Shown here piece by piece: positions 6,489 through 8,684 of a stretch of DNA of 8,684 nucleotides. The notes beneath the pieces were generated by a model. The model ran no database searches, had not been told where the DNA came from, and saw nothing but the letters and a program-made list of their open reading frames with translations. Made by a program: the position numbers and the translations under genes. Source of the DNA: a virus (lineage: Duplodnaviria > Heunggongvirae > Uroviricota > Caudoviricetes); the IMG/VR virus record IMGVR_UViG_2778261453_000015, positions 1 to 8,684 of that record. One strand, 5' to 3'. How positions within the stretch are numbered: the first letter of the stretch is position 1; every line of letters begins with the position of its first letter.

Positions 6489-7607
6489 TCAGGCTGCTTG
6501 ACTATTCTTACTGATTTTATTCTTATGCCGTCCCTGCAAAACTCCATACACATATTGTGCGATTTTTGCCGCAAATAGCGGTGGAACAGCATTCCCGATC
6601 TGCTTTGCAATCTCAGTTTTTGAACCGGTAAAAATGAAATTATCAGGAAAAGACATTAATCTCGCTGCCTCACGATGAGTTATTGGCCGATCCTCTTCCG
6701 GATGCAAATATCGCCCTTTCTCCGGTTTGAAAAACTCAGTACGAATCGTTACTGAAGGTCTGTCCCACCACAGACGCCCAAACAAATCGGTCCCTCCAGA
6801 TTTCTTTTTTAGCCAACACGCCGGGGTTATATCAGGTCTTTTTTTCTGTAAATCGAAACGGTTACCTCCTGGTGGAACCGCTTTATATCGCTCCAGAGAA
6901 ACAGGTGTGGGATTACGCCCAAAATGTAAGTTCAGCGGAGGAAGTTCATTACGAATATCAGTTCCAACAGGAGCTGGCAAGTCACCAATTGCATCACGCG
7001 TACAGACCCATTCTGGCAAAGCGACATCCTTATCAGGGGAACGATGCGTTGGTGCTGGCGGGAACGCCGGAATACTATGCACATCAAAGAGTTCTCGTTT
7101 GATACCGATTGCTATCGTTCGTTTTCTTGTCTGAGGTACTCCATAGTCAGCAGTATTCAACACCATTGGATTAAGCAGAATAAAGCCCATGGATTCAGCT
7201 CTAAACGTAATGTCCGCAAACTCATCGCTTATCAGCAATCCAGGGACATTTTCCATGACGAACATGCAAGCCCTTGAACGCTCAATGATATCCATATAAG
7301 GCTCCCACAATGCTCTTCGGTGATCACCATAACGATTCTTATTCAATAAGCTGAATCCTTGACACGGGGGGCCACCTATGACCACATCAGCCTCAGGAAC
7401 AGCATTACTGGATGTCCACTCCTCAATATTTGCCTGAACTCCATGCAAACCAAAATTGGCATTGTAGGTATTTATAGCTGCAGCATTATTATCAATAGCA
7501 AGGATACTTTCAAAGTGGTCAGACATCTCTCCATGAAGAAAACCATAAGATAATCCACCTGCCCCACAAAAGAGGTCTATCACTCTGAATTTATTTAATT
7601 CTTTCAT
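6489..7607 (-). CDS. DNA (cytosine-5)-methyltransferase, Type II, 372 aa, apparently intact
   Basis: Track ORF. Motif I DLFCGAGGLSYGF, motif IV GGPPCQGFS, motif VI ENVPGL, motif VIII QTRKR, motif X GNAVPP, all in canonical order. Confidence 0.9.
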   Translation of the reverse strand: MKELNKFRVIDLFCGAGGLSYGFLHGEMSDHFESILAIDNNAAAINTYNANFGLHGVQANIEEWTSSNAVPEADVVIGGPPCQGFSLLNKNRYGDHRRALWEPYMDIIERSRACMFVMENVPGLLISDEFADITFRAESMGFILLNPMVLNTADYGVPQTRKRTIAIGIKRELFDVHSIPAFPPAPTHRSPDKDVALPEWVCTRDAIGDLPAPVGTDIRNELPPLNLHFGRNPTPVSLERYKAVPPGGNRFDLQKKRPDITPACWLKKKSGGTDLFGRLWWDRPSVTIRTEFFKPEKGRYLHPEEDRPITHREAARLMSFPDNFIFTGSKTEIAKQIGNAVPPLFAAKIAQYVYGVLQGRHKNKISKNSQAA

Positions 7608-7676
7608 CCGCCCCCATATGCCTCAGATTAATGTTAAGCGTCTTGCAGGACGCGTAATGCTAACTGGGGCTTTTCT

Positions 7677-7712
7677 CTGTCTGCCTTACGGTGGCATGCC
7701 CGAGGCAGACAG
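7677..7712. repeat. 10-bp inverted repeat (CTGTCTGCCT ... AGGCAGACAG) flanking a 16-nt loop that contains GGCATGCC, in the leader upstream of the C5-MTase
   Basis: Direct reading. Potential stem-loop or protein-binding site. No U-run follows on either strand, so it is not a canonical terminator. Confidence 0.35.
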
Positions 7713-7770
7713 CCTCAAGCACCCGCAGCAATTCTACTTAACTCTCGCTTTACAGCAAACCGTTTTCACC

Positions 7771-7792
7771 CGATATGGGAATTCCCATATCG
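7771..7792. repeat. 22-bp perfect palindrome CGATATGGGAATTCCCATATCG (centred on GAATTC) between the 34-aa ORF and the C5-MTase
   Basis: Exactly self-complementary over 22 bp, which is unlikely by chance in 8.7 kb. Lies in the about 190-nt region that must hold the cassette promoter. Candidate operator for a dimeric regulator. Confidence 0.4.
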
Positions 7793-7799
7793 ACACAAA

Positions 7800-7904
7800 T
7801 TAACCACCGCGACGATCAATCAAAAACACAACCAGACAATAAATCGCCATAACAGCCACAACGGCCAGCGCGCCTTCCATTGCCAGCAAAATATCATCCG
7901 ACAT
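7800..7904 (-). CDS. Small hydrophobic protein, 34 aa, predicted single transmembrane helix
   Basis: Not in the ORF track. ATG 7904..7902 with GGAGGG Shine-Dalgarno 4-5 nt upstream, stop TAA 7802..7800. Translation MSDDILLAMEGALAVVAVMAIYCLVVFLIDRRGG has a hydrophobic core and a charged C-terminus. Confidence 0.4.
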   Translation of the reverse strand: MSDDILLAMEGALAVVAVMAIYCLVVFLIDRRGG

Positions 7905-7938
7905 ATTCCCTCCTTTTGTATACATTCCAGCCAGATGT

Positions 7939-8022
7939 TTATAACCAACGGCAAATTGAGTATACAATAATCGCGATCGCCATTGTTATCCCCACAATTG
8001 CAAATGCATCAGGCCAACTCAT
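7939..8022 (-). CDS. Small hydrophobic protein, 27 aa, predicted single transmembrane helix, coupled to the upstream DUF551 gene
   Basis: Not in the ORF track. ATG 8022..8020 overlaps the stop of the 8022..8492 ORF by 1 nt (TAATG), with AGGAGG Shine-Dalgarno 7 nt upstream. Translation MSWPDAFAIVGITMAIAIIVYSICRWL. Confidence 0.4.
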   Translation of the reverse strand: MSWPDAFAIVGITMAIAIIVYSICRWL

Positions 8023-8492
8023 TAACTCACCTCCTGCGGCGGTTCTGGTAGCGGCATCCAGTCGGTTACATTGCGACTCTGTGTTTCGAAAAATTCATCA
8101 CCATTGCGGACAATATCGAAAAACTCTCCGTCTCGATATTGCGCATAAAGAACGAATGCGCCATCACATAAAATAATTACGTGCTGACCGTCATCCGGCA
8201 TTCGCTCACTACAGCTTATCCAACCATCCAGAGTTACCGGATAGTTGGTTGACGTTTCCGAGATTTCCCGAAAATTATTGGTTGACGAACCCTTCTTTTC
8301 CCGAAAGTTTCCAGCCTGAAGCATGGCGGCGCTGTCTGGCGGGGCAGCATATAGCGGCACGTATATTTCCGGTTCCTTATCAGCACCGGGTTGCTCTTCC
8401 AGTGAGAATGTCTTTCCGGTAAATCGATTCATATAAAGCACGGGCTCTGCTTCCAGCGAAGCCTGAGCAACAAGGGCCAGTGCTAAATCCAA
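8022..8492 (-). CDS. DUF551-like phage protein (156 aa as drawn; true start uncertain)
   Basis: Track ORF. The C-terminal ...DWMPLPEPP motif and overall composition fit DUF551 as I recall it. The track start at 8492 is TTG with only a weak GAGG upstream; the frame is open upstream to 8558 with no ATG. Confidence 0.55.
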   Translation of the reverse strand: MDLALALVAQASLEAEPVLYMNRFTGKTFSLEEQPGADKEPEIYVPLYAAPPDSAAMLQAGNFREKKGSSTNNFREISETSTNYPVTLDGWISCSERMPDDGQHVIILCDGAFVLYAQYRDGEFFDIVRNGDEFFETQSRNVTDWMPLPEPPQEVS

Positions 8493-8530
8493 CTCAATTG
8501 CCTCGAGAGAATTTTTGAATGCTGTCTGTT

Positions 8531-8602
8531 TTACTGCAATTTCATCGCCTTTACATTTTCACTAACATGACTGATTAACTGCTCTTTTGTAAAAGTGGTC
8601 AT
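8531..8602 (-). CDS. Possible 23-aa ORF, or the displaced N-terminus of the DUF551 gene
   Basis: ATG 8602..8600 with strong AAGGAG Shine-Dalgarno 7 nt upstream and starting 2 nt after the upstream gene's stop. Translation MTTFTKEQLISHVSENVKAMKLQ. Its 3' end overlaps the open upstream extension of the DUF551 frame. Confidence 0.25.
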   Translation of the reverse strand: MTTFTKEQLISHVSENVKAMKLQ

Positions 8603-8603
8603 C

Positions 8604-8684
8604 TCATTCTCCTTTGATGCGAATGCCAGCGACGCGTAATGCGTGTTCTAGGTCAATCAGGTAAAGCCAACTGCCATTTTCTTT
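8604..8684 (-). CDS. 3' end (last 26 codons) of an unidentified gene running in from beyond the window end
   Basis: Minus-strand frame open from the window edge to TGA at 8606..8604, translating ...KENGSWLYLIDLEHALRVAGIRIKGE. Function cannot be assigned from this fragment. Confidence 0.3.
   Translation of the reverse strand, partial: KENGSWLYLIDLEHALRVAGIRIKGE

Noticed and set aside
6149-6610. 153-aa form of the REase N-terminal fragment starting at 6610
   Set aside because: It would overlap the MTase C-terminus by about 120 nt in another frame. The ATG at 6475, directly after the MTase stop and with its own Shine-Dalgarno, is the plausible start.
6727-7134. 135-aa plus-strand ORF (also 6872..7102, 7044..7277, 7359..7553)
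   Set aside because: Antisense to the C5-MTase, whose ordered motifs I to X make the minus-strand reading unambiguous. These are shadow ORFs.
7677-7712. Hairpin with a 10-bp stem as a transcription terminator
   Set aside because: No U-rich tract follows it on either strand, so it does not fit an intrinsic terminator. Kept only as a candidate regulatory structure.
7618-8176. Plus-strand ORFs 7618..7803 and 7880..8176
   Set aside because: The first sits in the palindrome-rich leader with no Shine-Dalgarno. The second is antisense to the two Shine-Dalgarno-supported micro-ORFs and the DUF551 gene.
1-8684. CRISPR arrays, insertion sequences, integrase or attachment sites, rRNA
   Set aside because: There are no regularly spaced direct repeats, no transposase or integrase-like ORFs, and no rRNA-like conserved stretches. 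The prophage ends are evidently outside this window.

Overview
This window reads as a segment of a lambdoid (lambda-like) enterobacterial prophage in which every convincing gene lies on the minus strand, so the phage map runs from high to low coordinates. In that order: the 3' end of an unknown gene; a DUF551-like gene translationally coupled to two tiny hydrophobic ORFs; a self-contained Type II restriction-modification cassette (intact C5-cytosine methyltransferase, a restriction endonuclease gene split by a 1-nt frameshift in a homopolymer, and its own intrinsic terminator); a 90-aa protein; a DUF968/YdfU-like protein with an HNH-type Cys/His motif; the RusA Holliday-junction resolvase; a 59-aa coupled ORF; a lambda-type antiterminator Q; a pR'-like promoter and tR'-like terminator; then late-region cargo (a 65-aa protein, a beta-class DPPY adenine methyltransferase, a RelE/ParE toxin with an Xre-HTH antitoxin, a terminator, and the start of a TerB-like gene). 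I found no rRNA, tRNA, CRISPR array, transposase or integrase. The most interesting points are the frameshifted NgoMIV/Cfr10I-like endonuclease beside an intact MTase, the stacking of defence or addiction cargo at two prophage hotspots, and several small ORFs and palindromes that the ORF track does not capture. All family assignments rest on motif recognition and memory, not on database searches.
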